Of a stretch of 64,000 nucleotides of DNA, positions 37,886 through 48,447 are shown one piece after another. Each line of letters opens with the position of its first letter. The first letter of the stretch is position 1. A program made the translations under genes and the position numbers. The notes beneath the pieces were generated by a model. The model had not been told where the DNA came from. It saw only the letters and a list, made by a program, of their open reading frames with translations, and ran no database searches. The DNA comes from Armatimonadota bacterium (GTDB lineage Bacteria; Armatimonadota; Fimbriimonadia; Fimbriimonadales; Fimbriimonadaceae): contig JANNQV010000028.1 of the NCBI GenBank assembly GCA_031400935.1, positions 186,001-250,000 on the forward strand. Reading direction: 5' to 3'.

Positions 37886-38320
37886 CTACTTCTTCCTTAA
37901 CAATGTGATAGAGGGTCCATCGGGAGCTGTAAGCGCAAATTCATCATTTCCGTTCCATTTCAATATCGCCAGTTGAGGTTTACCTTTTTGCGATTCGAAC
38001 TGCGATTTTATCATTGGCTCCATCTCTTTCGCAACCCCTGTTACAGACACCTCTTTGGGAGTCATCGTAATTTTGGTTTCCTCCGTTGATTTCCAGTCAC
38101 CCTTGATTGTGATTTCAGAAAAAAATGATCCGGCGGCCTGCGGAATGGGCACTTTCATGACCTGAACGAACGTGCCATCTGCATTCATCACTTGGTTTAG
38201 CTTGATTTTTTGCCCCATTTGACTGACTTCGCCTTCCCACGTGCCTACAAGTTTGTTGCCGACCTTACAACCGGAAAGCATAAGCAAGACAACCAAGAAG
38301 TGAACTGGGCACAGTTTCAT
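37886..38320 (-). CDS. Lipoprotein, lipocalin-like beta barrel
   Basis: Lipobox LSG-C; LVGTW and NADGTF motifs. Confidence 0.8.
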   Translation of the reverse strand: MKLCPVHFLVVLLMLSGCKVGNKLVGTWEGEVSQMGQKIKLNQVMNADGTFVQVMKVPIPQAAGSFFSEITIKGDWKSTEETKITMTPKEVSVTGVAKEMEPMIKSQFESQKGKPQLAILKWNGNDEFALTAPDGPSITLLRKK

Positions 38321-38391
38321 ATAACAAAGTGTATCCGCTTTTACCTGCCATTCACTATCTAAGGCACCGAATTACACAGTATTCTTTGTCC

Positions 38392-39141
38392 ATGAAGGAC
38401 GAGACGGCGATGACCAAGGCAGTTCGAAACTGGCTAGATCAGCTTGAATCTGTATACGGTCCGACCAGATTTCGATCCAGGTTTGACCCAATGGAAGAAC
38501 TCATTTCCTGCATTCTGAGTCAGCATACCAGCGACATAAATTCTTTCCCCGCCTTTTCCCGTCTGCGAGAGCAATTTCCAGATTGGGATGAACTTGCAAA
38601 GGCTCCTTTGGCTCAAATCTCAAAGGTTATTCAAAACGCCGGGTTAGCAAATCAAAAGGCGAAGGGGATAAAAGCTTGCCTTATTGAGATCAAGAATAGA
38701 ATTGGAAGCTATGACCTCTCTTTTCTTCGTGCGCTACAAATGCGTGAAGCTCGAATATGGCTTGAGAGCCTTCCTTGGGTTGGACCCAAAACAGCTTCCA
38801 TTGTCTTGGCATTTTCCTTCGGAATGCCGGCGATTCCTGTAGATACTCACATCTTTCGAGTATCAAAGCGCCTCGGACTGCTTGACCAAGGAACAAACGA
38901 AGGTAAATCGCACGACGCACTTCTCAAATTAGTGCCCGAAGACTGCGCTTTCCGGTTCCATTGCTTGCTGATTGAACATGGGCGAAAAACCTGTCGAGCA
39001 CGTTCGCCATTTTGTAGCGCCTGTGTTCTCAACCAAGATTGTCCTTCTGCAAATCGGAATTCAAGTGAATTGGATTCGAAGAATGAAAATGTCCTAAGGC
39101 AAAAGGTCGCCAAAAAACGTCAAATTACTAGAATCAATTGA
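38392..39141 (+). CDS. nth: Endonuclease III-family HhH-GPD glycosylase
   Basis: ILSQHTSD, VGPKTA HhH, PVDTHIFRV, CRARSPFCSACVLNQDC Fe-S motif. Confidence 0.9.
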   Translation: MKDETAMTKAVRNWLDQLESVYGPTRFRSRFDPMEELISCILSQHTSDINSFPAFSRLREQFPDWDELAKAPLAQISKVIQNAGLANQKAKGIKACLIEIKNRIGSYDLSFLRALQMREARIWLESLPWVGPKTASIVLAFSFGMPAIPVDTHIFRVSKRLGLLDQGTNEGKSHDALLKLVPEDCAFRFHCLLIEHGRKTCRARSPFCSACVLNQDCPSANRNSSELDSKNENVLRQKVAKKRQITRIN

Positions 39142-39271
39142 AGTTGCACACTACAGCTCATTTTCGGATCCATGCGTTAGGGTTTACTGCTATTTTGAAT
39201 CTTTGGTAACTGATGCCTTGCAACCTTTTTTCCCGCATATCAATATATTGTCTTGCTAGGCTGGCCAAGGT

Positions 39272-39976
39272 ATGAACTGGCTCGCAATTGCGCTTGGATT
39301 CGGAGCATATCTTTTAGGTTCGATTCCCGTTGGAGTGCTTGTCGCCAAATCTAAAGGCATTGACATCCTGAATACAGGAAGCGGCAGCATCGGGGCCACA
39401 AATGTTTACCGGACTCTTGGACGCGGCCCTGGATTTTTCGTATTTGTGCTAGACGTTCTAAAGGGACTGATTCCAGCCCTGCTCGCCAGAATTTGGTTTC
39501 ATGAGCCGATGTTTCCATTCGCAATTGGCCTCTGCGCAGTGATTGGGCATTCCCTCTCGCCATGGTTGAAATTCAAAGGCGGAAAAGGCATCGCGACGGG
39601 TGTTGGCGCCCTTTTAGGGAGCATCCCTCTTGTCGCCGTAGCTGGGCTTGCTTGCTTCTTATTCAGTGTTTTGTTGACACGGTACATCAGTTTCGGATCA
39701 ATTTTGGCAGCACTCTCTCTTGCCCCACTTGGCTTTGCATTTGGTTTGCCAATTTCAATGACAATTCCGCTTGCTATCCTCGGCTTGTTTGTCGTGTATC
39801 GTCACAAGTCAAACATAATTCGTCTAATGAACGGCACCGAGCCAAAATTCGATTGGAAAGGGGGAAACCCTTCCAGTAGCGATGAAAATGCGAATGGCAG
39901 TATGAAGTCCGATTTCGAATTGCAAGAAGCTGAAAGGACTAAAGACAGTACGGAGGAGCCTGAAGACCGTGCTTGA
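39272..39976 (+). CDS. plsY: Glycerol-3-phosphate acyltransferase
   Basis: [42 protein letters not shown]. Confidence 0.95.
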   Translation: MNWLAIALGFGAYLLGSIPVGVLVAKSKGIDILNTGSGSIGATNVYRTLGRGPGFFVFVLDVLKGLIPALLARIWFHEPMFPFAIGLCAVIGHSLSPWLKFKGGKGIATGVGALLGSIPLVAVAGLACFLFSVLLTRYISFGSILAALSLAPLGFAFGLPISMTIPLAILGLFVVYRHKSNIIRLMNGTEPKFDWKGGNPSSSDENANGSMKSDFELQEAERTKDSTEEPEDRA

Positions 39977-40772
39977 TCGCGTTACCGACAACCCATTTGC
40001 GTTCGCGACCGGATGCGCGGTATGGATTCCGTTAGCCATTTGGGTTGTAGTGCTTGTCGGTTGGATGATTACGGCTGAAATTGATGCAATCACAGGCATT
40101 TTGGGAATTGGATTGGCATTTGTCATTGGATATCTGGCACTTGATCCGCCAACCCCAATCTTGCCACCGTTGCTCTTTGCCACCGCAATTGCTACGTTAA
40201 TTCTAACTCCGATCGCTCAAGGCTTGATAAAAACCTCCGAAATGCGCTCTATTGATGTTGATGCAGTGGAAAAAGCATACGACCTTTTGACTGACCGTCC
40301 GCAAAATGAAGGAGCAAGAGTGCGAATGGCGCGGTGCCTTTTTAACCTCGGCTACGTAGCTCATGCGGTTGATATCGCAGAACAAGCCCTATCTAACGCT
40401 GATAAGAGAATTTTTCGTGAAGATTTGCATGTGCTCAACACCTGGAAACAAAGGTTGAATAGCCCGAGAATTCCTCCACTTCGCGCAATTGTATGCGTTC
40501 ACTGCGGAAAATCCAATATGCCTCATAAGATTTTCTGCGAGAGGTGTGGGGCGAGGTTCTTAGCAGATTATATTCGTGGCCGATTTCTGACGCCTGGCCT
40601 TAAAGCGAAGCTTTTGGTGGCTTGGCTAGGGGCGACTTTCTTGTTGGTAGGAGTTCCCTTGCTAGCAGCAATCCTTCCGCCGATTGGTGCTGTAGTTGGT
40701 ATTGCGATACTTCTGATCGTAGGCACATTGTTTCTGGTTTGGGCTTGGAAGAGAATTGAGCAAAAGCAATGA
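39969..40772 (+). CDS. Membrane protein with a TPR-like helical segment and a CxxC-CxxC zinc/rubredoxin ribbon
   Basis: Three N-terminal TM segments, a helical repeat, CVHC...CERC, two C-terminal TM segments; overlaps both neighbours. Confidence 0.75.
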   Translation: MLDRVTDNPFAFATGCAVWIPLAIWVVVLVGWMITAEIDAITGILGIGLAFVIGYLALDPPTPILPPLLFATAIATLILTPIAQGLIKTSEMRSIDVDAVEKAYDLLTDRPQNEGARVRMARCLFNLGYVAHAVDIAEQALSNADKRIFREDLHVLNTWKQRLNSPRIPPLRAIVCVHCGKSNMPHKIFCERCGARFLADYIRGRFLTPGLKAKLLVAWLGATFLLVGVPLLAAILPPIGAVVGIAILLIVGTLFLVWAWKRIEQKQ

Positions 40773-41842
40773 AACGAGTTGACCGCCTCATATTGAAAGA
40801 GCTTTTGGTCCCGTTTTTGATCGGAACACTTACGATCTTACTTTTGTTCCAGGCCAACCAGCTTATCTATCTGTTCAAGACTTATTCACCTACCGCAGTT
40901 CCTTGGTCGGCAACTGTTCAAATGCTGTTGTTCGATTCGCCTAAATGGCTTGCGATGTCCCTTACAATGGGCACATCATTAGCCACTGCATTGGCAATTT
41001 CTCGCCTGGCTCGTGAATCTGAAATCACTGCAATACGCTCAATCGGTGTCCCGATTTACAGAATCCTGATGCCTGTCGTATGTTTTGGCCTGGCTGCTTC
41101 TGTAGTGAGTTTCGTTGTGGCTGAGTACGTCCAACCAGTTGCTTCAAAAAGCTCCAAGAAGCTCGCTGCCGAATTGTATTTGAAAGCTGCTCTGCCAGAT
41201 TTCACTTCAAATGTCACGGTCAAGCTAAGCAACCGACTCGCAATTATTGGAACCGTCTCAAGAGTCGGCGACAAAACAGTGGCACTATCAAACATTTTGC
41301 TCTATGAGAAATCGAATGACGAACGGACCACGTTGACTATTTCAAAATCGGGTAGATACAGCGACGGTATTTGGCTTCTTGATTCGCCAAACGTGTGGAT
41401 TTTTGAAGGTGAAGATCTCCTCAGATTGTCAACGCCTGAGACAATGGAAATCTTGGAACCGATTACGATTGAGTCGCTGTTTGCTCCGTCGGAGCCAGAT
41501 GAGCAAACTAGCTCCGAGCTTCACAAAGGGCTTCTTGATGCACGAAAGCAAGGGGCGGACACCAGAAGGCTGGAAGTCGCGATAGCAAAGCGGATTGCAA
41601 TTCCGGCTTCATGTGCCGTCCTAGCATTGGTTTCTCCCATCTTTGCGATCCTATATTCTCGGTCAGGCGCTTTCATGGGAGTCTTACTGGGCGTGTTGGT
41701 TTCGATGGCATATTACAATGCGTTTATCATCTCAACCGAGGTTCTGGGTCCAAATGGCTTCTTGTCGCCATGGTTGGCGGCATGGCTGCCAAATATCGTT
41801 TTCATTGCTGCCGGAATGATCGGAGTTCGGAAACTCGAATGA
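40769..41842 (+). CDS. LptF/LptG-family LPS export permease
   Basis: DRLILKELLVPF, RLARESEITAIRSIG, LAAWLPN. Confidence 0.9.
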   Translation: MKRVDRLILKELLVPFLIGTLTILLLFQANQLIYLFKTYSPTAVPWSATVQMLLFDSPKWLAMSLTMGTSLATALAISRLARESEITAIRSIGVPIYRILMPVVCFGLAASVVSFVVAEYVQPVASKSSKKLAAELYLKAALPDFTSNVTVKLSNRLAIIGTVSRVGDKTVALSNILLYEKSNDERTTLTISKSGRYSDGIWLLDSPNVWIFEGEDLLRLSTPETMEILEPITIESLFAPSEPDEQTSSELHKGLLDARKQGADTRRLEVAIAKRIAIPASCAVLALVSPIFAILYSRSGAFMGVLLGVLVSMAYYNAFIISTEVLGPNGFLSPWLAAWLPNIVFIAAGMIGVRKLE

Positions 41843-44157
41843 GATTTAGTTTCCTTTTCTTAGCCGTTCTATTGTCTTCTTTGGTGCAAGCGCAAGTTTC
41901 GTTTGCTCCTGCCCTAAAACCATTGTTTCAAAAACTGACAAATGCGGGATTTTTGCAATCTACACCTCTTGCCAAACCCTTGCCAACGGAACCCGGCACT
42001 AAGCTGCCCGATCCTGTAATTACCGATCCAGAACAAGCTGGATCAGCTTCAGATCGCGAGATTCATATCATTAAGGCCAACACCAGATTTCTTGGAAATC
42101 TTGTGTTTCTTGATGGCGGCGTGCATATTCGGTACCGAGGCTACGACATCACTGCCGATTCAGTTCAGGGCGACCGATTGACACAAGTGTTCACCTTAGT
42201 CGGAGGCGCACAGCTGATTGGGAAGGACGCGGTGATCACAGCCGAATCCATAACGATGGATTTCAAGACTCGAACCTATTCCGTGTCTCAACACCGGGCC
42301 GTCCTCCACCCAGAATTGCTGGGAGGAAACGCAAATGGAGACGTGTTTCTGAAAGGAGAACGGGGGACCGGTAGCGAAACTTTGATTCGAACATTCGATG
42401 GATCACTAACAACTTGCGAACTCGATGTGCCGCACTACCAAATTGACGGCCGCGACATCGTGGTTCGACCTGAAAAGCGAATCATTTTGAGAGATACGAG
42501 GTTTCGAGTTCTGGGAAGGACTTGGCTTAGAATTCCGTACCTTTCCATTCCATTAGACACTCGTCGAGACCGTTACACACCTCAGATTGGACAAAGTCGA
42601 GACGAAGGTTACTTTATCAAAACCCTCTGGGGAATTCCATTGGAAGGTGACAGAGACCTAGATATCAACGTTGACTATTTTTCAAAACTTGGCGCAGGTT
42701 TGGGAGGCAGATACCGATTTGCCGGAGAAGCGAACCAAGGGTACCTAAAGGCATACGGCATTCTAGGAACGGACCCGACCGTTGAATTGTCTGGTGGATA
42801 TCGGCAATCATTTGGAGCAAACTTACTCTCAATCGAATCCAATTACCAACAGAGAAACTACCTGAATGCTCCTGAGAACACACTCTGGACTTCAAGGGCA
42901 AGCCTCCAGTTGCCAAACGGCCGAAACAACACGAGGATCTCGTTCTATCGGACATCAAACGAAGGCAACACATTTCAGACCGTTACGCAAACGGTCGGTA
43001 TTTCAGATGATCGAAGTTTCGGAAGATTGACTCGGTGGAACTTAGGAGTCAACTGGGTGCAGAATCGCTCCGAGTTTGTCTCCTCGTCTGTAAAGCGAGA
43101 ACAAGTTGAAATCAGTTTTAGAGGCTCTCACGATGTCAAAAAGGCGGTCGCTGAAATCGAATATCAGCGGACAATTCCCGTAGGCGATACAACAAATTTC
43201 TTTTCCTCAGCGGATAGGACTCCTGTGCTCCTAGTAAGGACAGATTCGAACCGCCTTTTCGGCCCAAAGTTCGCCAAGAATCTGCCATTTTCAACACAGT
43301 TATCAATAGGAGAATTTGCGAATTCCGCAACGACGTCCCGCATTGGAAGAGCACACTTTGATATCAATGTCAGTAAACCAGACGATTCAAGTTCAGTTCA
43401 ATCTTGGGGGGGGAATTTACGATTTAGGCAAAGCATGTATTCGGATAATACGGCGCAATATTCTGCAATCGTAAACAGTTCATTTAGGAGAGCGTTTAAT
43501 GAAAGAACGGCTCTGACTATTCGATACAATTATTCGAAACCAACTGGATTCACACCCCTTTCATTTGACAGGCTCGGCCAGTCTAACGTCGCTACAGCTG
43601 ATTTAAGCGCACACCCAAGCCGATCCTTTTCTATCGGAGTCCAAACAGGTTACGACTTTAGATTCAAAGAAAACAACTTGGATACTGCTTGGCAACAAGT
43701 TTCACTTCGCACTGAATATCGGCCCAATGATTCCATTCTAGCTCGAGGATTATCAACTTATGATCCGACGCTCAGCAAATGGTCAAACACTCGGATTGAT
43801 ATTTCGGTTGATCGTGGAAACGCCTTTTATGGCATTGGCGCACGTTATGATGGTATCCGTGGTACTTGGGGGAATTTAAATTTATTTGTAGATGGATTGA
43901 AACTTGGTAAGATCACTGCAAGTGCATTACTTAATTACAATGGATACACCAAGCAGTTTGATACTAAGCAGTTCTCGCTCATATACGATATGCATTGCAC
44001 AGAAGCAGTGCTGCAAGTGTTAGAAAGTAATGTTGGCTTCCGGCCTGGCCGCCAAGTGTATTTCTTCCTACGGATCAAAGCACTGCCATTCTCAACTCCC
44101 TTTGGAACTGGAACTCAGGGGCAGCCAATCGGAATCGGGACTGGATTTGGGAATTAG
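41839..44157 (+). CDS. LptD-like LPS assembly outer-membrane protein
   Basis: Likely start at ATG 41839 (ATGA overlap); OstA-like N-terminus, LTTCELDVPHY motif, beta-barrel C-terminus. Confidence 0.75.
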   Translation: MRFSFLFLAVLLSSLVQAQVSFAPALKPLFQKLTNAGFLQSTPLAKPLPTEPGTKLPDPVITDPEQAGSASDREIHIIKANTRFLGNLVFLDGGVHIRYRGYDITADSVQGDRLTQVFTLVGGAQLIGKDAVITAESITMDFKTRTYSVSQHRAVLHPELLGGNANGDVFLKGERGTGSETLIRTFDGSLTTCELDVPHYQIDGRDIVVRPEKRIILRDTRFRVLGRTWLRIPYLSIPLDTRRDRYTPQIGQSRDEGYFIKTLWGIPLEGDRDLDINVDYFSKLGAGLGGRYRFAGEANQGYLKAYGILGTDPTVELSGGYRQSFGANLLSIESNYQQRNYLNAPENTLWTSRASLQLPNGRNNTRISFYRTSNEGNTFQTVTQTVGISDDRSFGRLTRWNLGVNWVQNRSEFVSSSVKREQVEISFRGSHDVKKAVAEIEYQRTIPVGDTTNFFSSADRTPVLLVRTDSNRLFGPKFAKNLPFSTQLSIGEFANSATTSRIGRAHFDINVSKPDDSSSVQSWGGNLRFRQSMYSDNTAQYSAIVNSSFRRAFNERTALTIRYNYSKPTGFTPLSFDRLGQSNVATADLSAHPSRSFSIGVQTGYDFRFKENNLDTAWQQVSLRTEYRPNDSILARGLSTYDPTLSKWSNTRIDISVDRGNAFYGIGARYDGIRGTWGNLNLFVDGLKLGKITASALLNYNGYTKQFDTKQFSLIYDMHCTEAVLQVLESNVGFRPGRQVYFFLRIKALPFSTPFGTGTQGQPIGIGTGFGN

Positions 44158-44158
44158 A

Positions 44159-44944
44159 TTAACTGCTCGCGCTTCCATAACTCAGCAGCGACCTTTGCCA
44201 AAACCAGCGTGCAAGCAAAAACATCACAAGCGACCACAAAATTCCGCCTGCAATTACAACAGGTTGCGCGCCTGATTTCAGCTGCGATGCCGGAAAATGC
44301 GCCAGGAATGCTATCGGAACCGCATAGGTGAAAATCTTCTGCACCCAAGTCCCATAAATGTCTATCGGAAATCGGCACATTCCCATCGCCGTGTCGCTGA
44401 GCACCCACAGATTGTCAACCCGAACCCAATAGATTGCGAGCGTCATCATCATGAAGTTCAGGCTGTAAAAAATGAGGATCGAACTCGCCATTAACAAAGA
44501 AAATCCTACGATATCCAAGAGAGAAGGGTGGAATCCCGCAGTTATCGTTCCATACACAATCACGCCGATGGCCACTATAATCGCCCCTGTCTGGGCAATG
44601 TCGAACTTCCGCGTCGAAACCCAAAATTGCGAATCCACTGGTTTCGTAAGGACAAAATCGAGCGATCCCTGACGAATGCTTTCCGGAATTTCAATGACCG
44701 AAAAGAAGAAGCCTCGCATTACATGATCAAGCAAAAAAATCGTCCCAGCAAGTAAGAATCCTGCCCCTCGATTCCACCCACCGACACTATCTGTCTTGCT
44801 GTAAACCACAAGCAGAATCAAAATGAAGAATCCAGTCCAAGTAACGTTTTGTAGCAGTTTCGCAAAGAAATTTACACGAAACTCCATGTCCCGTTGAAGC
44901 GAGCTTTTCAGAAAAACACAATAAATGCGCCAAAGCCGGAGCAT
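44159..44944 (-). CDS. ABC-2 family transporter permease (DUF990-like)
   Basis: MEFRVNF, GSLDFVLTKPVDSQF, FPIDIY, C-terminal YGSASS. Confidence 0.88.
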   Translation of the reverse strand: MLRLWRIYCVFLKSSLQRDMEFRVNFFAKLLQNVTWTGFFILILLVVYSKTDSVGGWNRGAGFLLAGTIFLLDHVMRGFFFSVIEIPESIRQGSLDFVLTKPVDSQFWVSTRKFDIAQTGAIIVAIGVIVYGTITAGFHPSLLDIVGFSLLMASSILIFYSLNFMMMTLAIYWVRVDNLWVLSDTAMGMCRFPIDIYGTWVQKIFTYAVPIAFLAHFPASQLKSGAQPVVIAGGILWSLVMFLLARWFWQRSLLSYGSASS

Positions 44945-44973
44945 GGGCAAACGATACCCGCTATACTTTGCCC
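44945..44973. promoter_or_regulatory. Mirror-symmetric bidirectional promoter with back-to-back -10 boxes
   Basis: CAT-GGGCAA-ACGATA-CCCGC-TATACT-TTGCCC-GTG. Confidence 0.6.
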
Positions 44974-46899
44974 GTGCTTGCGGTTGCTATCACGATTTTG
45001 TTTTGCGCTCTTTCTATGGGAGTTGGCGATTTGATTGTCCGAAGGTGGACAGCGGATTTCGACCCAACAGCAAGACTTGGATTTGCGGGTTTTTTTGGTC
45101 TTGCAGCGGCTGGCGCTGTTTTGTTTCTGGGAGTCATTGCAAACGGGTACTTGAGCCAATTCGTTTGGGCGATGGCAATGATTGCAGCAGTTGTTGGCAT
45201 TTTGGGTTGGCGAAGCCTCTATCCATCGGTATCGCTCCAACTAGAAAAGGGGCCTTGGCTACTGGCCGGAGTTGGTGCCGGAATTGCCGTGCTTTTCGCC
45301 ATTATCTGCGCTGCAGGTCCAAGCGACTCCTTGGATTGGGACTCATTGGCATATCACCTGGCCGTTCCTAAACTTTGGCTGCAGCACGGGCAAATTGACC
45401 ATATCTCTTTTATCCACCATAGCAATTTCCCGTTTCTAGTTGATAATTTGTACCTGTTTGGCTTGCAATGGGGCGGTGCAGCAGGGGCCAAAGCGTTTTC
45501 GCCATGCTATGTGTTCTTCGGCTGTTTGACGATTTTTGGACTGGTGAGGCAATGGTTCGGAAAGCCGGCGGCATGGTGGTCAACCCTTGCCGTCATTGGT
45601 ATTCCGACGGTTCTATGGGAATCGGGAACTGCGTACATTGACGCTGCTCATGGAATTTGGGCTGGGCTTGGAATTCTGCTCGCCGCCAGATGGAGTGCAA
45701 CTCAAAACAAAAGCGAATTGGCTCTCGCTTGTCTCTGCCTCGGCTGTGCTGCCGCAAGCAAGTACACGGGACTTCAAACGGTTTTCGCAGTCAGTCTTTG
45801 CATTGCCCTGTTTCACTTAAGGAGCAATGGAGCGAGATTTTCAATTCAGAAAGCTGCGCTTGTTGGTGTGGTTTCAATTGCCATGGCGTCTCCATGGCTA
45901 TTTCGAAATGTTGTCAACACTGGAAATCCGGTGTTTCCATTCTTTTACGAGAAATTTGGTGGTAAGAATTGGGACCAGTTTTCAGCCGACATCTACCGAG
46001 ATGAGCAACAGACTTTCGGCGTGGGCCGAACGGAAACGGGCCGCGATTGGGGCCAAATCGGCCATGCCGTTTTAGGACTTGGCTTCCAACCGGGGCGGTA
46101 CACAAATCCTCGCCAAACCGAAGGCGGCGGCTTTCCAACAGGTGCACTCGGATTCGTCTTTTTGGCCTCTGGAATTGCTTGGTGCCTATCTGGAAAAGTC
46201 AAACGGTTTGAGGGATTTGTTCTTGCCTCAGTTGGAATCAGCTTTTTGATGTGGTTTGCTCTAAGCCAGCAAAGCCGGTATATGGTGAACGTTGCTATAC
46301 CACTAGCTGTGTTAGTTGGTCCTGCTGTTGTTCGATTGCAAATTGGTAAACTACTTGCCGTTTTGACCGCATCGCAGCTTGCTTATGGCCAATGGATGGT
46401 GTACGAAATTGCGGTAAAAGCCAAGCTGCCAGTCGTATTGGGACAGAAGTCTGTTGAAGAATTTCACAAGACAAACGGTCCGTCCTTTGCTCTGTCGGCT
46501 CCTAGAATCAATGAATTGGTGAAAGACGGACGTGTTGCCTTGTTTGACGAGGTTTTTGGCTTCTATCTCGATGTTCCTTACTTTTGGGCGAATCCTGGGC
46601 ATAGCACAGAGATTCCTTATGCGTCTTTGACTACTGAAGCCAATTTCGCTTCTGCAATGAAGGCTCTTGGAATTACCCATTGCTTCATCAATTTGAGCTT
46701 GATGGCAACTGAAAATCGGACCAAGTTCTTAGCGGATTGCGGGCTCCAGCCGGGCTCAGGCTATTCGCCGGCAGAACAGGATTCAATGATGAAAGACCCT
46801 CGGTCGAAGTGGCCGATCTTGTTTGCAGAAGCTGTCAAGGCTGGTGCGATTCAACCGGTGGAGAGTGGTCCGGGTGGGATTCTGTTTCAGCTTCGATAG
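44974..46899 (+). CDS. GT-C fold (ArnT/PMT-like, GT39-related) membrane glycosyltransferase
   Basis: Polytopic; WDSLAYHLAVPK, AYID, KYTG, NTGNPVFPF motifs. Confidence 0.75.
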   Translation: MLAVAITILFCALSMGVGDLIVRRWTADFDPTARLGFAGFFGLAAAGAVLFLGVIANGYLSQFVWAMAMIAAVVGILGWRSLYPSVSLQLEKGPWLLAGVGAGIAVLFAIICAAGPSDSLDWDSLAYHLAVPKLWLQHGQIDHISFIHHSNFPFLVDNLYLFGLQWGGAAGAKAFSPCYVFFGCLTIFGLVRQWFGKPAAWWSTLAVIGIPTVLWESGTAYIDAAHGIWAGLGILLAARWSATQNKSELALACLCLGCAAASKYTGLQTVFAVSLCIALFHLRSNGARFSIQKAALVGVVSIAMASPWLFRNVVNTGNPVFPFFYEKFGGKNWDQFSADIYRDEQQTFGVGRTETGRDWGQIGHAVLGLGFQPGRYTNPRQTEGGGFPTGALGFVFLASGIAWCLSGKVKRFEGFVLASVGISFLMWFALSQQSRYMVNVAIPLAVLVGPAVVRLQIGKLLAVLTASQLAYGQWMVYEIAVKAKLPVVLGQKSVEEFHKTNGPSFALSAPRINELVKDGRVALFDEVFGFYLDVPYFWANPGHSTEIPYASLTTEANFASAMKALGITHCFINLSLMATENRTKFLADCGLQPGSGYSPAEQDSMMKDPRSKWPILFAEAVKAGAIQPVESGPGGILFQLR

Positions 46900-46947
46900 G
46901 AGGAACAGTTTGACCTCGATATTGCTTCAAACAGGTATCCTCTCAGA

Positions 46948-47904
46948 GTGAAATACCGACGGCTTGGCAACTCAGGACTCAAGGTTAGCGAGGTCGCTTT
47001 AGGCGGCTGGCTCACGCAAGGAAGAAGCATTGACGACGCGACAACAGAGATCATCGTCCATAAAGCCTACGATCTGGGAATCAACCTTTTTGATACAGCT
47101 GATGTTTACAATATTGGCGAAGCCGAAAAAGCTCTGGGAAAGGCCATTGTTGGACTCAGTAGGCAATCCCTCGTTATCGCCACAAAATGCTTTTGGCCGA
47201 TGTCCGAAGACGTGAACGACCGCGGCCTTTCGCGCAAGCACATTTTTGAATCGGTAGAAAACTCTCTCGTGCGAATGGGCATTGACTACATTGACCTCAT
47301 GCAGTGCCATCGCTACGATGAAACTACGCCAGTCGAAGAAACCGTTCGAGCCATGGGCGACCTCATTCGTCAAGGCAAAATTCTCTATTGGGGAGTTTCT
47401 GTTTGGACCGCACCCCAAATCGCGGATGCTTGCCAAATCGCAGACTCTCTGAACATTCCCCGGCCAATCAGCAATCAGCCGCCATACAGCATGTTGAGGC
47501 CCGAAATCGAGGATGCCGTTTTGCTCGAATGTGAAAAGCAAGGAATAGGGCAAATTGTCTTTTCTCCGCTGGCACAAGGCGTACTAACTGGCAAATACCT
47601 TCCTGGCAAACCTCTTCCTGAAGGTTCGCGCGGGGCCGACGATAAATCCAACACATTTATGGCGGATGTGTTGACAGATTCAACCCTGGAACGAGTTCAG
47701 AAGCTAAAAGCGTTCGCAGAATCAAAGGGATGCACAGTCGGCCAATTTGCTTTGGCGTGGTGCCTCAGACAATCGAATATCGCTTCGGTAATCGTCGGGG
47801 CAAGTAAAATTGACCAGATTGAAGAAAACGCGGCTTGTACAGATATCGAACTCAGTGCCAGCGACTTCGAAGACGGAATGAAGATTCTTCAGGGGATCCA
47901 CTGA
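46948..47904 (+). CDS. Aldo/keto reductase (Kv-beta-like)
   Basis: YRRLGNSGLKVS, FDTADVY, GLSRKHI, SPLAQGVLTGKY. Confidence 0.93.
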   Translation: MKYRRLGNSGLKVSEVALGGWLTQGRSIDDATTEIIVHKAYDLGINLFDTADVYNIGEAEKALGKAIVGLSRQSLVIATKCFWPMSEDVNDRGLSRKHIFESVENSLVRMGIDYIDLMQCHRYDETTPVEETVRAMGDLIRQGKILYWGVSVWTAPQIADACQIADSLNIPRPISNQPPYSMLRPEIEDAVLLECEKQGIGQIVFSPLAQGVLTGKYLPGKPLPEGSRGADDKSNTFMADVLTDSTLERVQKLKAFAESKGCTVGQFALAWCLRQSNIASVIVGASKIDQIEENAACTDIELSASDFEDGMKILQGIH

Positions 47905-47931
47905 TAAAGGTCGCATAAAAAGCAAAACGAA

Positions 47932-48447
47932 ATGAGCGATTCTGAAAATTCTCAATTTGAAACATCTATTCCAATCGCAGAAACTGCTTTTGAAAAGCGG
48001 CGCGGGATTCGACATGTCGAGATTCGCTCAGGCTATGCTCAAGTTCATGTCACCCAGTTAAAAGTACCGATCTCCGAAACAAGATTAGACATTCTGCAAG
48101 CGGTGGGCAACGCAGAAATTTCTGTTGATTTTCTAAAATTCACACCGACAGGTGTAAGCTTCATGGTGCAAGACCTTGTCGCTGAAAAAACAACACGTAT
48201 CTTAGAGAATTTTGGAGCCATGTTTTCCCTAGCCGCAAATCGGCATATCGTCACGGTTCATGCTGTAAACATGCGCGACGAGCAAGGCTTAATAGCCGAT
48301 GTCATGGCACACGCCATTCGGTCTGGCGCGAAGCTCGAACACATTACAGATATGCATGACAGAATGCTGATCGTCGTCGCCGCCGAAGAATCGGAGCTCC
48401 TCCGCGCCGCTTTGCAAGAGCTTGCACAGGGGAAAAATGGCAATTAA
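47932..48447 (+). CDS. Stand-alone tandem ACT-domain protein resembling the aspartokinase regulatory region
   Basis: GIRHV...ISVDFLKF...IVTVHAVNMRDEQGLIA; overlaps the lysC start. Confidence 0.75.
   Translation: MSDSENSQFETSIPIAETAFEKRRGIRHVEIRSGYAQVHVTQLKVPISETRLDILQAVGNAEISVDFLKFTPTGVSFMVQDLVAEKTTRILENFGAMFSLAANRHIVTVHAVNMRDEQGLIADVMAHAIRSGAKLEHITDMHDRMLIVVAAEESELLRAALQELAQGKNGN

Noticed and set aside
38776..38778. Trp instead of Gly in the Nth HhH motif (LPWVGPKTA)
   Set aside because: A single-base difference that cannot be told from a strain variant or error; the catalytic Lys/Asp and Fe-S motif are intact.
41611..41838. N-terminal extension of the LptD-like ORF
   Set aside because: Overlaps lptF/G; the signal peptide begins at ATG 41839 with an ATGA coupling.
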